Of a DNA stretch of 64,000 nucleotides, positions 34,917 through 44,778 are shown piece by piece. Under the pieces are notes generated by a model, which was not told the DNA's origin, did not search any database, and saw only the letters and a program-made list of their open reading frames with translations. The first letter of the stretch is position 1, and each line of letters starts with the position of its first letter. This DNA comes from an uncultured candidate division Zixibacteria bacterium (GTDB lineage: Bacteria; Zixibacteria; MSB-5A5; UBA10806; 4484-95): assembly GCA_963668625.2 (NCBI GenBank), contig CAXXKA010000010.1, forward strand, positions 256,001 through 320,000. Direction: 5' to 3'. A program made the translations under genes and the position numbers.

Positions 34917-35228
34917 TTAAGGTCCTTCGTATTCGATATTGCTCAAATGCTCAGGCATTGGCGAAAGCGCCGGCAGAGCTATCTGGCCGTTTGGTGTAAG
35001 CAAGGGTTTATTAAAATCTAAATAATGGAAGAAGAATGCCCATCGCGTTCCAGTGTTGTCCAGTGGGCGCTCATCCAAGGGGACTTGCCAATTATCTTGA
35101 GGCTCTCCTGGCAACTCCTGGGTGACTTCGTCCCAATTGTAGTCAGTCTCTGGGGGATCGAGTTGGACTTCTACGAGATAACATGGCTCAGGGGCATCGA
35201 CATAATGTACACCTAGAATAGTAATCAT
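34917..35228 (-). CDS. Hypothetical protein (103 aa)
   Basis: AGAGGA RBS before ATG 35228. Ordered sequence NWQVPLDE...FFFHYLDFNKPLLTP. Confidence 0.65.
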   Translation of the reverse strand: MITILGVHYVDAPEPCYLVEVQLDPPETDYNWDEVTQELPGEPQDNWQVPLDERPLDNTGTRWAFFFHYLDFNKPLLTPNGQIALPALSPMPEHLSNIEYEGP

Positions 35229-35292
35229 CTTGTATCCTCTAATAAATGTATAATTTCGGGCTTCAGGTCTCAATATTAAGCATCAGCCAAAA

Positions 35293-35322
35293 GTCAAAAC
35301 CACAAGGAGGGTTTTGACCTAC
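35293..35322 (-). repeat. Solo GTAG-type REP
   Basis: Reverse complement GTAGGTCAAAACCCTCCTTGTGGTTTTGAC, same family as 34456-34485. Confidence 0.8.
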
Positions 35323-35330
35323 TTAGCTAG

Positions 35331-36194
35331 TTACTCAATATTGTTATCTGCTAGTAATGCTCGATTTTGCCGTATTCGCGAGTAAATAACACTTGCTATT
35401 AATGATGACGCAACACCAAGAATAAAACCAAGTAGATAATTTAACGCTGTTTTCTGCCAAGATTGACTTCGTAATGCACTTTTTACCGCTTCAAGCTGCT
35501 CATGAGTAAGTTTTTCAAGCTCTTTTGCTTTAGCATACTCTTCTTCGATGACTTTACTCGCCTTTTCGGTTTCTACCATGTCTCCTTTTATTTCCACCAA
35601 TTGCTTTTCAAGGTCTTTTAAGTTTCCTATGGCACTTTCTACTGTTTCAATACGTTCTTGAAGTTGTGGTTTTTCTGGTTGAACAAAATAGAATATACCA
35701 GAAAACAATATACCAATAATTGAAATAAAAGACATAGTAGAGCCTAATATCATTTCCCAACGTTGTCGAATGGTTCGCCTTTGAGCAGGTATCACTTGTA
35801 AATGTTGGATTTCAGGATGAGCGTTCAGTACTTTAAGGATTTCATTTTGGTCTATGAGCTTAAGGTTAAAGTCTTTCTGTAAATCTTGAATAGAATCTTT
35901 CAGCGAGTGAGAAAGAATTGCGGAGGACATAATTATAATCTGCTTTGGCTTGAAAGTGCTTACTTGGATTTGACTGATAATTCTCCGAATCGTTGAAATA
36001 GACAATTGTTTTGTATGTTTTACTTGAACCGCAATTTGTTGGCCTTCCGCTTCTGCAATAATGTCAACGCCTTGGTCATTGTACCCACCTACAAGTTCTA
36101 CACGCTTGAATCCTAGCGCTTTGAGTATCTCTGTACATAGTTTCTCAAATTCGTCTGGAGTAAGCTGAAATAAGCTGTTCCTATCAATTGTCAT
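35331..36194 (-). CDS. Mrr-like PD-(D/E)xK restriction endonuclease domain fused to TM-coiled coil-TM
   Basis: LTPDEFEKLC..IL..LGF..V...GG..DQGVDIIA....IAVQVK. Hydrophobic helices flank a heptad-rich segment. Confidence 0.75.
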   Translation of the reverse strand: MTIDRNSLFQLTPDEFEKLCTEILKALGFKRVELVGGYNDQGVDIIAEAEGQQIAVQVKHTKQLSISTIRRIISQIQVSTFKPKQIIIMSSAILSHSLKDSIQDLQKDFNLKLIDQNEILKVLNAHPEIQHLQVIPAQRRTIRQRWEMILGSTMSFISIIGILFSGIFYFVQPEKPQLQERIETVESAIGNLKDLEKQLVEIKGDMVETEKASKVIEEEYAKAKELEKLTHEQLEAVKSALRSQSWQKTALNYLLGFILGVASSLIASVIYSRIRQNRALLADNNIE

Positions 36195-36474
36195 TTTTAT
36201 TTGCCTCGATTATTTTTTATATTTCTCAGGGTTTCCAATAATTTATATATGATTTCTTCATAACACCTTAAATCCGCGTTACTGTCCTTAAGTGCTTTTG
36301 TCTGAATTTAAATAAATAAGATATTTTAATACGTCTGGGTATAAATATTCCCCTGTATACATGTTATGTCTACTTTTCGCCAATTCACAATTTTTAAAAT
36401 ACTATCGCCAAAACAAATTGTTCGCCTAAAGCTAAGCAATCTTGGCTTTCGCGTCAAGTATAATATCCCAACAT

Positions 36475-36509
36475 AAAAAAACCGGGCGCCCTCTCCGCAC
36501 GCCCGGTTG
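36475..36509 (-). terminator. Rho-independent terminator after nrdJ
   Basis: AAAAAAACCGGGCG...CGCCCGGTT; U-tract on the minus strand. Confidence 0.75.
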
Positions 36510-36549
36510 TAATTCCCAATCTATCTATCAGATTATAGCAATATCACAC

Positions 36550-38832
36550 CTACTTGCACTTGCTGTAGCCGCAGTTGGGGCAGGTTATGCAGCCCGACTC
36601 GTGTACCAGCTTGCCCGAACAGTCCGGACAGGTGTCGGTCGAGAGGTCGGTCTCCTGCTTTATCACCTTGCCGTTGCCGAAATGCTTGCGCAGTATCTTG
36701 GCGATAGCATCCGGCATGGACTTGACCACGCCGCCATGCCCGAATACCTGGGCATCGCCGCCGATACCCTGCAACTGCTCGATCACGTTCTCGACAGATA
36801 CGCCCGAACGCAGGCACAGCGAAATCAGACGGGTAACCGCCTCGGTGTCGGCCATCGTGTCGTGACCCGATTTGCCGAGCTGGGCGAATACCTCGAACGG
36901 TATGCCGTTATGCTGATTTATCGTAACGTACAGGTTGCCGAATCCGGTCTTGATCTTCTCGGTAATACCGGTCAGGGTCTCAGGACGGTTGCGCGGGATA
37001 GTTTCCGAGCTGTCGGCCGCTTCCTTATCGGCCTCTTTAGTCGACTTGGTGGAGAGCACCTGCATGGGACGGCTACCATCCCGATAGACCGTGACGCCTT
37101 TACAGGATAAGCTGTAGGCCAGCTCGTAAGCTTTACGTACGTCATCCTTGGAGGCCTTGTTCGGCAGGTTGATAGTTTTCGAGACAGCGTTCTCGGTATG
37201 TTTCTGGAAAGCATCCTGCATACGTATATGCCATTCCGGGGTGACATCATGACTGGTAACGAACACGCGCCTAATTTGCTCGGGGATATCCGTAATATCG
37301 GCAACCGAGTTTTTATTGGCGATCTTTTCCAGAAGTCCCTCGGAGTAGAACCCCATCTGTTTGGCTTTCTGCTTGAAATACGGATTAACCTCGATCAGCC
37401 GGGTGTTGTCCATCACGTTGCGCTCGTAAGCGACCGCGAACAACGGTTCGATGCCCGAGGAGCAACCGGCGATAATCGAGATAGTGCCGGTCGGGGCAAT
37501 CGTGGTGACTGTCGAGTTGCGGCGCGGCCTGCCGCTGCCTGTCTCGGCATCGAAAAACGACGAACTCTGCCAGTTGGGAAACGAGCCACGTGTTTTGGCC
37601 AACTCGTGCGAGGCCGCATCGGCCTCTGTCTGGATGAACTCCATCACCTTACCGCCGAGGCTCAACGCTTCATCCGAATCGTAAGGCACATCGAGCATCA
37701 CCAGGAGATCGGCCCAGCCCATAACGCCCAGGCCTATGCGACGGTTGTCCTTAGTGGCCTTATCGATTTCCGGCAGCGGATATTTATTGGCCTCGATCAC
37801 GTTATCGAGGAAATGCACGCAGCTATGCACGGTCTTATTCAGCTTAGCCCAGTCGATCTCGCATCTGAACAGGTCTGTCTCGGGCGATACGCCGACCGTG
37901 GTTTTAACCATTTTGGCCAGGTTGATAGAGCCGAGATTGCAGCTCTCGAACGGCAGAAGCGGTTGTTCACCGCAGGGATTAGTTGCCTCGATCAGCCCGA
38001 CTTTGGTGGTACGCTCCAGGGCGTTTATCTTATCGAGGAAGACCACGCCGGGTTCGCCGGAGGCGTGAGCGTGATCGACGATAGTGTTGAACACCTCGCG
38101 GGCATCCAGCGATTGCGGGACGCCATCGACCACATGCTGCTTCCAGGTACGGGGATCGATTAGCGCGTAATCGGCGCCCTCGGCCGCCGCTTTCATGAAA
38201 ACATCCGTGATACCGACCGAGATATTGAAATTAGTCAATTCGGACAGATTATCCTTACAGGATATGAAATCGAGTATATCGGGATGGTCGATCCGGAGAA
38301 TGCCCATGTTGGCGCCGCGCCTGGTGCCGCCCTGTTTTACCGCCTCGGTGGCGGAGTTGATTACTTTCATGAATGATACCGGCCCCGAGGCCACGCCCGA
38401 GGTCGAGGCGACTATCGCGTTTTTCGGGCGAAGCCGCGAGAACGCGAATCCGGTGCCGCCGCCGGATTTATGTATCAACGCCGCCGACTTGACAGCGTCG
38501 AATATCGATTCCATCGAATCATCCACGGGTATGACGAAACAAGCTGAAAGCTGGCCCAATGGTCTGCCGGCGTTCATGAGCGTCGGAGAATTCGGGATGA
38601 ACTCGAGTTCCGCCATCATGGAATAGAACTCGTTGGCTGTCCTCTCGGCTTCCTCGGCTGTCGCGCCGTAGTTGATATCGGGCTTGGCTATTGCCTCCGC
38701 CACTCGTGCGAATAAGTTTTCCGGCGTCTCGATAACCCGCCCTTTATCATCTTTGGCGAGATATCTTCGCCGCAGGACAGTCATCGAGTTATCGGTCAAC
38801 TCGATCTTGGTGCCTGTTGTCTTGATCTCCAT
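36550..38832 (-). CDS. nrdJ: Adenosylcobalamin-dependent (class II) ribonucleotide reductase with C-terminal TSCPD and Zn-ribbon domains
   Basis: PNSPTLMNAG, QLSACFV, GGTRRGANM, TNPCGEQPL, SCNLGSINL, TIAPTGT, AVSKTIN, KGVTVYRDGSR; C-terminal CPDC...CPNCGYSKC. Confidence 0.95.
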   Translation of the reverse strand: MEIKTTGTKIELTDNSMTVLRRRYLAKDDKGRVIETPENLFARVAEAIAKPDINYGATAEEAERTANEFYSMMAELEFIPNSPTLMNAGRPLGQLSACFVIPVDDSMESIFDAVKSAALIHKSGGGTGFAFSRLRPKNAIVASTSGVASGPVSFMKVINSATEAVKQGGTRRGANMGILRIDHPDILDFISCKDNLSELTNFNISVGITDVFMKAAAEGADYALIDPRTWKQHVVDGVPQSLDAREVFNTIVDHAHASGEPGVVFLDKINALERTTKVGLIEATNPCGEQPLLPFESCNLGSINLAKMVKTTVGVSPETDLFRCEIDWAKLNKTVHSCVHFLDNVIEANKYPLPEIDKATKDNRRIGLGVMGWADLLVMLDVPYDSDEALSLGGKVMEFIQTEADAASHELAKTRGSFPNWQSSSFFDAETGSGRPRRNSTVTTIAPTGTISIIAGCSSGIEPLFAVAYERNVMDNTRLIEVNPYFKQKAKQMGFYSEGLLEKIANKNSVADITDIPEQIRRVFVTSHDVTPEWHIRMQDAFQKHTENAVSKTINLPNKASKDDVRKAYELAYSLSCKGVTVYRDGSRPMQVLSTKSTKEADKEAADSSETIPRNRPETLTGITEKIKTGFGNLYVTINQHNGIPFEVFAQLGKSGHDTMADTEAVTRLISLCLRSGVSVENVIEQLQGIGGDAQVFGHGGVVKSMPDAIAKILRKHFGNGKVIKQETDLSTDTCPDCSGKLVHESGCITCPNCGYSKCK

Positions 38833-38872
38833 AATATCCCCTCTCTAGATATTAAAGCATATTATGCGACTC

Positions 38873-39583
38873 TTAAGTTTCAATTTCGCCTGTCGCCGAC
38901 ATGTTTTCTTCATCTATGGTAAAATCCCAGAAAGAGATTGGAGCCTCTTTCTGGAGAATTTTCAGTATCTCGATTGCCACCTTGCGTATTTCCCAGTGAG
39001 CGCGCGGATTGGTGCGCAGCCATATAAAGTGACGCCATTCCCGGAAATTAGCCGTAATCACTATCTCCGAGGTAGTGGCGTTCGGTAGTATATAGCGGGC
39101 ATCCTCAGGCGGGACACCATCATCCAGCATTTTCTCGTATAGATCGTAACAGCGGTTGGCCATCTCGGCGTATTCATCGCTGTAATCGTAGGCGTTGCTT
39201 ACGAAACTGGGCGGCGTGACGAACTCGAACTCGCGAGTTTTCTTTCGACCCGGTTTATCGGCATAGCATACATACCGCTGGCTCTCCTGCGAGGGAGAGA
39301 TCAGCCTGTGACGGACTAATTCGTGGGTAAATACCCGCGAGCCGCCCTTGATCCTGAAAGTAGCGTGGGCATGCTCCAATACGGAATGATGCCTTTTGCG
39401 GATGACTTTTTGTATCAGCTCTCTGGTGGAATTCGGTGGATCGTACCTGTGAAATGAAAGATAACAGGTGCGACAAGCACGCTCTATGATATCCTCCGCG
39501 TTGGGAGTGATGCTTTCAAGTATTATTTCCAACTTATTTTCCACGGACAAACTCACACTTAAATCACTTTTAGAAGTGTTCAT
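38873..39583 (-). CDS. thyX: FAD-dependent thymidylate synthase
   Basis: H.SVLEH, RHRLISPSQESQRY (RHRx7S), EDARYILP and AHWEIR. Confidence 0.95.
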   Translation of the reverse strand: MNTSKSDLSVSLSVENKLEIILESITPNAEDIIERACRTCYLSFHRYDPPNSTRELIQKVIRKRHHSVLEHAHATFRIKGGSRVFTHELVRHRLISPSQESQRYVCYADKPGRKKTREFEFVTPPSFVSNAYDYSDEYAEMANRCYDLYEKMLDDGVPPEDARYILPNATTSEIVITANFREWRHFIWLRTNPRAHWEIRKVAIEILKILQKEAPISFWDFTIDEENMSATGEIET

Positions 39584-40066
39584 ACCGGTCCTGTCTTCAG
39601 TTTTATGTTCTCAGATTTTCACTGAATTTATTCGCCCCTCCCCGCGACTAATTCATCAGCGAAGGGATTATATTATTATTTTTTTTGAGCCGATAAGTCA
39701 AGAATTAGTTTGTCAAAAATTGAACAATTTTACAATCACAAGAGGTTCAAGACCTTACAAAAGCTTAATATTTTAGATGCCATTTTTGTTATCGTTATAT
39801 TTTGCCCGTGTTAATTTATTGTATTGTTTAATCCATTGAATATAAACAAGTTGCCGGAAAAATGTGTTATTGTCAGGAGACTATTGTAAAGCGTTGTATA
39901 GTAAAAAAATTGCTCTTTTTTGTGCTTATATTTATTATCTTCAATAGCAATAATTATGAAACTATTGCTAAGTTTAAAACCGTTTTATACTTGCAATTAT
40001 TCCTCCAGATAGTAAGATACTATCTGGGATACGTGGATAAATTTAGAGAATAGGAAAGTTGACAAT

Positions 40067-40780
40067 ATGATTGACACGGATAATCCGAAAAAATATAAAA
40101 TTAAAAGCGTAGATAGTATAACCCACGATACCAGCGCTTTCAAATTCGAACTGGCTGAGGGCGAATCGCTGGATTTCCTGCCCGGAGATCATATGATGAT
40201 GAGCGCGGAAATAGAGGGCGGGAAACATCAGCGACCATATACACCATCCTCGACCCCGGATGACAACGGTTATTTCGAGATTATTATCAAACGCTATGAG
40301 AACGGTTTGATGTCCAGTTATGTACATGAAAAATCCGTTGGGGATGAGGTAATCCTTCAGGGGCCGACAAAAGGCGGACATTTCAACCAGGGGATGGCCA
40401 AGCGTATAGGCATGGTGGCCGGTGGCGCCGGCGTTACCCCGTTTATCAGTATCGTGCGTACGGCGATAAGGCGCAATTGGGAGGTCGACATGACCCTGCT
40501 TTTCGCCAATAAGTCGGCAGAGGATATAATATTAAAGGATGAATTCGATAAATACGCCGCCGAGCATGATAATTTCAAAATAGTGCATACCATTGATGAG
40601 GAAGAGGAGGGCTGGAACGGTCATGTCGGCCATATCGATCAGGATATGTTAAAAGCTAACCTGCCCGAACCCGGCAGCGACACGCTGATATTTTTATGCG
40701 GCCCGCCCATGATGGAGTTTCAGCTTCGCAAAGCGGTACTGGCGCTGGGGTATGATAAGAAGCAGTTGGTGATACCGTAG
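40067..40780 (+). CDS. Cytochrome b5 reductase-like FAD/NAD(P) oxidoreductase
   Basis: RPYTP, K.Y..G.MS, MVAGGAGVTP and LCGPPMM motifs. Confidence 0.9.
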   Translation: MIDTDNPKKYKIKSVDSITHDTSAFKFELAEGESLDFLPGDHMMMSAEIEGGKHQRPYTPSSTPDDNGYFEIIIKRYENGLMSSYVHEKSVGDEVILQGPTKGGHFNQGMAKRIGMVAGGAGVTPFISIVRTAIRRNWEVDMTLLFANKSAEDIILKDEFDKYAAEHDNFKIVHTIDEEEEGWNGHVGHIDQDMLKANLPEPGSDTLIFLCGPPMMEFQLRKAVLALGYDKKQLVIP

Positions 40781-40834
40781 GGGTACATCCTACTGGTGTA
40801 AAAATAGCTAGGCTTGTTGATAAACTCAAAAGAG

Positions 40835-40915
40835 GCAGTCGTTAAGAGCGAAACGAAGTAATCTATCTAATAACTTACGGATTGCCATGTCGACCTTTGG
40901 ACTCCTCGCAATGAC
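40835..40915. repeat. Degenerate ...GATTGC...CCTCGCAATGAC palindromic repeat
   Basis: GGATTGCCA...CTCCTCGCAATGAC resembles 34166-34197. Preceded by a degenerate inverted half (GTCGTTAAGAG...GAAGTAATCT). Confidence 0.5.
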
Positions 40916-41041
40916 TTTTCCAACAATCCCGGTTCTTCGTAACAGGGGGGTATGATATGCAAAACCTGTCTTTTACGAGTACAGGCGAGATGCAGTGATC
41001 CGTCCATTATTCTCTTGTCATCTGAAAACCAAACCTATTGT

Positions 41042-41629
41042 TTACCGCCCAAACCGGCCCATCAAAGCAGCCTGCGCCAGAATATGACCTTCCATGGCCT
41101 TCTCGGCATCTGCTTTATCGGCTTTCGTATCCAATTCAAGCATCCTATCCAGCGCGTAGAGTTTGAAAAAATACCTGTGCACCGGGCCTTTAGGAGGACA
41201 TGGGCCTCCATACTGAACCCTGTCGAAACTGTTGTGGCATTCGATTGTACCGGCCAAGAGAGAGTCTTTGTCGAATACAATACCCTCACTCAGTTCTGAA
41301 ATCTCGGGTGGAATATTTATCACTACCCAGTGAACCCAGGTGCCCATCGGCGCGTCCGGGTCATCGCAAACCAGCGCCAGCGATTTGACACCCTCGGGAA
41401 TATTACTCCATTCGAGTGGCACTGAGATATCCTCACCCTCGCAGGTGTATTTCACCGGAATTGTTTCACCATCGTTAAAAGCTGATGATTTAATGGTAAT
41501 TTTACCGGTGGTCATTTCTTTTTGAGCCCGGCTATTTTGCGAATCCGATTTCCGGCCGCAATAGCTTAAATTGATAAATAGTATCAGTGCGATCGAAACG
41601 CAGTATATTTTTACTATCCTGAATGTCAT
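41042..41629 (-). CDS. YbhB/YbcL family (PEBP/Raf kinase inhibitor-like) protein, exported
   Basis: SSAF.DG..IP.KYTC.G.D.S.PL.W, DDPDAP..TWVHW and YGGPCPP.G.HRYFFKLYALD. GGAGGA RBS before ATG 41629. Confidence 0.9.
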   Translation of the reverse strand: MTFRIVKIYCVSIALILFINLSYCGRKSDSQNSRAQKEMTTGKITIKSSAFNDGETIPVKYTCEGEDISVPLEWSNIPEGVKSLALVCDDPDAPMGTWVHWVVINIPPEISELSEGIVFDKDSLLAGTIECHNSFDRVQYGGPCPPKGPVHRYFFKLYALDRMLELDTKADKADAEKAMEGHILAQAALMGRFGR

Positions 41630-41798
41630 ACAATCCTCCAGTGTAGGAAATACGTATAAATGTAAATTACATTTACGTATTTTACCAGTCATCCCGGGGT
41701 CGGTCAATCGATTTTAACTATTTATAGAAAAGGCTTTGCGCTTAAGCATAATATATTATATTTGCATCCTGAATAAGATAATTGCGGGAGTTTGCTTA

Positions 41799-42779
41799 AT
41801 GGCCAAGAAAGTACTGATTACGGGGATAAACGGATTCGTCGGCTACCATCTGGCGAAACTACTTATAGATGACGGTTGCGATATTGTCGGGCTGGATATC
41901 AATATCGAGAATATAGATAGAGGCCTTCGGGCACTTTTGAAAGATATCGAACTGATTGGCGGCGATCTTCGCGATGAATATAAAATTAACGAGATATTCG
42001 ATAACCGTAAACTGGATATGGTGATTCACCTGGCGGCGCAATCATCGGTAAAGCTCTCGTTCGAAAATCCGGCCGAGACCTTATCGATAAATGTGAATGG
42101 TACGCTTAATATTCTCGAGTCGATTTCCCGTCTCGAAACGCCGCCCAAAACACTGATTATATCATCCTCCGAAATATACGGGCAGTTGAAACCGGATCAG
42201 GTGCCGGTGACTGAATCGGCGGCCTTAATGCCGGTTAATCCCTACGCCGTTTCCAAAGCCACGGTCGATATGATGTCATATCAATATTTTAAAGCTTACG
42301 GTCTTCCCATTTACTGGGCGCGGGCTTTCTCGCATTCGGGACCCGGCCAGCGAACCGTGGCAGTGCTTTCCGACTGGTGTTTCCAGACCGCTAAAATCGA
42401 GCTGGGAATACGCCAACCGGAGATTTCGATCGGCAACATGGAGGTTACGCGTGACTATACGGATGTTCGCGATATCGCTCGGGGCTATTTGACGATTCTG
42501 GAAAAAGGCCAACCCGGCAAACCATACAACGTCTGTTCCGGTAAGGGATATCGTCTGGATGATCTACTCGATTTAATCATTTCATTCAGTAGTAAAAAAA
42601 TCGAAAAAGTGCCCGATCCCTCACGTCTAAGGCCGGTGGATATACCGATTCTGGTAGGCTCTCCGGAAAGATTGAAAAGCGAGACAGGCTGGCAGCCTCG
42701 AATAGAAATCCAACAAACCCTCAGGGATCTATACGATTATTGGATCGACTATCTGGCGCCCCAAATCGAGAACGATTAG
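41799..42779 (+). CDS. NAD-dependent epimerase/dehydratase, GDP-mannose dehydratase / Rmd reductase-like
   Basis: LITGINGFVG, HLAAQSSV, SSSEIYG, NPYAVSK, RDYTDVRD and RLRPVD. Confidence 0.85.
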   Translation: MAKKVLITGINGFVGYHLAKLLIDDGCDIVGLDINIENIDRGLRALLKDIELIGGDLRDEYKINEIFDNRKLDMVIHLAAQSSVKLSFENPAETLSINVNGTLNILESISRLETPPKTLIISSSEIYGQLKPDQVPVTESAALMPVNPYAVSKATVDMMSYQYFKAYGLPIYWARAFSHSGPGQRTVAVLSDWCFQTAKIELGIRQPEISIGNMEVTRDYTDVRDIARGYLTILEKGQPGKPYNVCSGKGYRLDDLLDLIISFSSKKIEKVPDPSRLRPVDIPILVGSPERLKSETGWQPRIEIQQTLRDLYDYWIDYLAPQIEND

Positions 42780-42939
42780 GGTGGTCACGATATTTTCATT
42801 TATATAAAAATTTATTAAAACTTATATTACATGTCATAAGTTTAATCATTGTTGTTGACCTGAACTTATTTTTTAATTATTACTGACGATAAATTGTACA
42901 GTTAATTGAAGATACGGTTTTTCTATAAAAGGAGTCATC

Positions 42940-44376
42940 GTGAAAAAGAAAAAAGCAAAAGCCGGAGCCAAAACCAAGGCCGGAACTAAAACTAAAACCG
43001 TGGCAAAGAAAAAAACAGTGAAAAAGACTGCTCCTGCCGCTACTAAAAATGTCAAAGGCGCGCAACTGGCCAAGATGCTCGAGAGCAAGATTCTCGACCG
43101 TGATGCCGTCGTCGGTGTTATCGGTATGGGCTATGTCGGTTTGCCGCTGGCGGTGGAATTCGGCCGTGTAGGTTTGAAAGTACTTGGCATTGATGTTAAC
43201 CCGGCGACCGTTAAAATTCTCAATTCGGGTAAATCGCATGTCGAGGATATCAAGGATTACCAGGTTAAAGAACTCACCGACTTGAAACGCCTGCAATGCA
43301 CAACCGATTTTTCGGTATTGAAAAATGCCGATTGCGTAACCATTGCCGTTCCGACTCCGCTCAATAAAACCAAAGATCCCGATGTCTCATTCATTCTGTC
43401 GGCGGTGAACCAGATCAAGGAATACCTTCACCCGGGACAGCTTGTCGTTCTCGAATCGACCACCTATCCCGGTACAACCGAGGAACTCATTCTGCCGATG
43501 CTGGAGGAGAGAGGTTTCAAAGTCGGTACCGATTTCTTCCTGGCTTTTTCGCCTGAGCGTGTCGATCCCGGCAACCCGACATACGGTACGCATAATACGC
43601 CGAAAGTGGTCGGTGGCGTAACCCCGGCTTGCTCGAGAGTCGCTAAAGCGCTGTACGAGCAGATTATCACTAAGGTCATCCCGGTTACCTCTACGAAAGC
43701 CGCTGAGATGGTCAAACTTCTGGAGAACACTTTCCGCTCGGTAAACATAGGTCTGGTAAACGAGGTAGCCTTAATGTGTGATCGTCTCGAGATAGATGTC
43801 TGGGAGGTTATCGATGCCGCGGGTACCAAGCCATTCGGTTTCATGCCTTTCTATCCCGGCCCCGGTTTGGGAGGACACTGTATACCGATCGACCCGCATT
43901 ATCTTTCATGGAAATTGCGTTCGCTCAACTATTACGCCCGCTTTATCGAGCTGGCCGGAGATATCAACTCCAGTATGCCCGAATATGTAGTCGAGAAAGT
44001 GACGGGCGCTTTAAACAGCCATAAAAAATCACTGCGCGGCTCTAAGGTACTGGTGATGGGTGTAGCATACAAGAAAGATATCAGTGATGTTCGCGAATCG
44101 CCCGCTCTGGATATTATCAGGATATTGGAACGTAAGGGAGCCAATGTCACTTATGTAGACCCTTATGTTACGCATCTCACTCTGGATGGCGGCCAGAAAT
44201 ATAAAGCCACACCGATAAGCGCTAAATTAGTCTCAAGCGCCGATTGCGTTGCCATAGTTACCAATCATAGTGATTTCAACTATCAATGGATCGTTGATAA
44301 AGCTAAGTTGGTTGTCGATACTCGGAACGCCACCAAGCTGGTGAAAAACGGCCGTAAGAAAATATTCAAGCTGTAA
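42940..44376 (+). CDS. Nucleotide-sugar (UDP-GlcNAc/ManNAc-type) 6-dehydrogenase with basic N-terminal tail
   Basis: GMGYVGLP, AVPTP, ESTTYPGTT, FSPERVDPGN, KLLENTFR, GGHCIPIDP and DVRESP. AAGGAG RBS, GTG start. Confidence 0.92.
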   Translation: MKKKKAKAGAKTKAGTKTKTVAKKKTVKKTAPAATKNVKGAQLAKMLESKILDRDAVVGVIGMGYVGLPLAVEFGRVGLKVLGIDVNPATVKILNSGKSHVEDIKDYQVKELTDLKRLQCTTDFSVLKNADCVTIAVPTPLNKTKDPDVSFILSAVNQIKEYLHPGQLVVLESTTYPGTTEELILPMLEERGFKVGTDFFLAFSPERVDPGNPTYGTHNTPKVVGGVTPACSRVAKALYEQIITKVIPVTSTKAAEMVKLLENTFRSVNIGLVNEVALMCDRLEIDVWEVIDAAGTKPFGFMPFYPGPGLGGHCIPIDPHYLSWKLRSLNYYARFIELAGDINSSMPEYVVEKVTGALNSHKKSLRGSKVLVMGVAYKKDISDVRESPALDIIRILERKGANVTYVDPYVTHLTLDGGQKYKATPISAKLVSSADCVAIVTNHSDFNYQWIVDKAKLVVDTRNATKLVKNGRKKIFKL

Positions 44377-44402
44377 TGGCTCTGAAATAAGCTATCGATT
44401 TT

Positions 44403-44432
44403 AAAACCGGGGCGGCTGTCCCGGTTTTTTTT
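44403..44432 (+). terminator. Rho-independent terminator
   Basis: AAAACCGGG-gcggctgt-CCCGGTTTTTTTT. Confidence 0.8.
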
Positions 44433-44488
44433 ATTGATCCTTATTATTTCTCCGGATTATAATCGGTAAAATAAATTTCTGATATGAT

Positions 44489-44688
44489 TTCACTGAGGAG
44501 GAAAGAATCCTTCCCTTCCTGCTGTTTTCATGCAGTCTATCGCCGAGAACGGATGAATAAAGGATTTCGCCTGCCTGCCGGATCAGGTATGTTTTCAATG
44601 CTTCCGCGAATTTTAGAATCAGGTACATATATCTAGCTGAATTTTGCATGAATAATAATAGCACGTAAGGCCTATTAAGTCGAGCAGG
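44489..44688. repeat. Dispersed ~200-bp intergenic element, copy 1
   Basis: 59/76 ungapped identity of 44489-44564 to 47938-48013. Further shared blocks TTTTCAA..GAATTTT.GAA.CAG and TTAAGTCG.GCAGG. Confidence 0.7.
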
Positions 44689-44749
44689 TGCATTCTCTTT
44701 TAAAAGAAAATTTATACTCGCAATTATATATGATGATTCTTTAAAATAG

Positions 44750-44778
44750 TTGACATAAGTTATGATTTTATATATTTT
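44750..44778 (+). promoter_or_regulatory. Sigma70-type promoter upstream of FadL-like gene
   Basis: TTGACA-17 nt-TATTTT. Confidence 0.45.

Noticed and set aside
34490-36200. Integron cassette array with attC sites
   Set aside because: No RYYYAAC...GTTRRRY paired sites, only 22 nt between two of the genes, and no integrase.
36442-38626. Long plus-strand ORFs (222 and 321 aa) opposite nrdJ
   Set aside because: Antisense shadows of a GC-rich conserved gene.
39583-40067. Cobalamin riboswitch upstream of thyX-nrdJ
   Set aside because: AT-rich region without recognisable B12-box motifs.
44431-44664. 77-aa minus-strand ORF in the dispersed element
   Set aside because: Differences from copy 2 in this frame are mostly non-synonymous, and the start is not shared.
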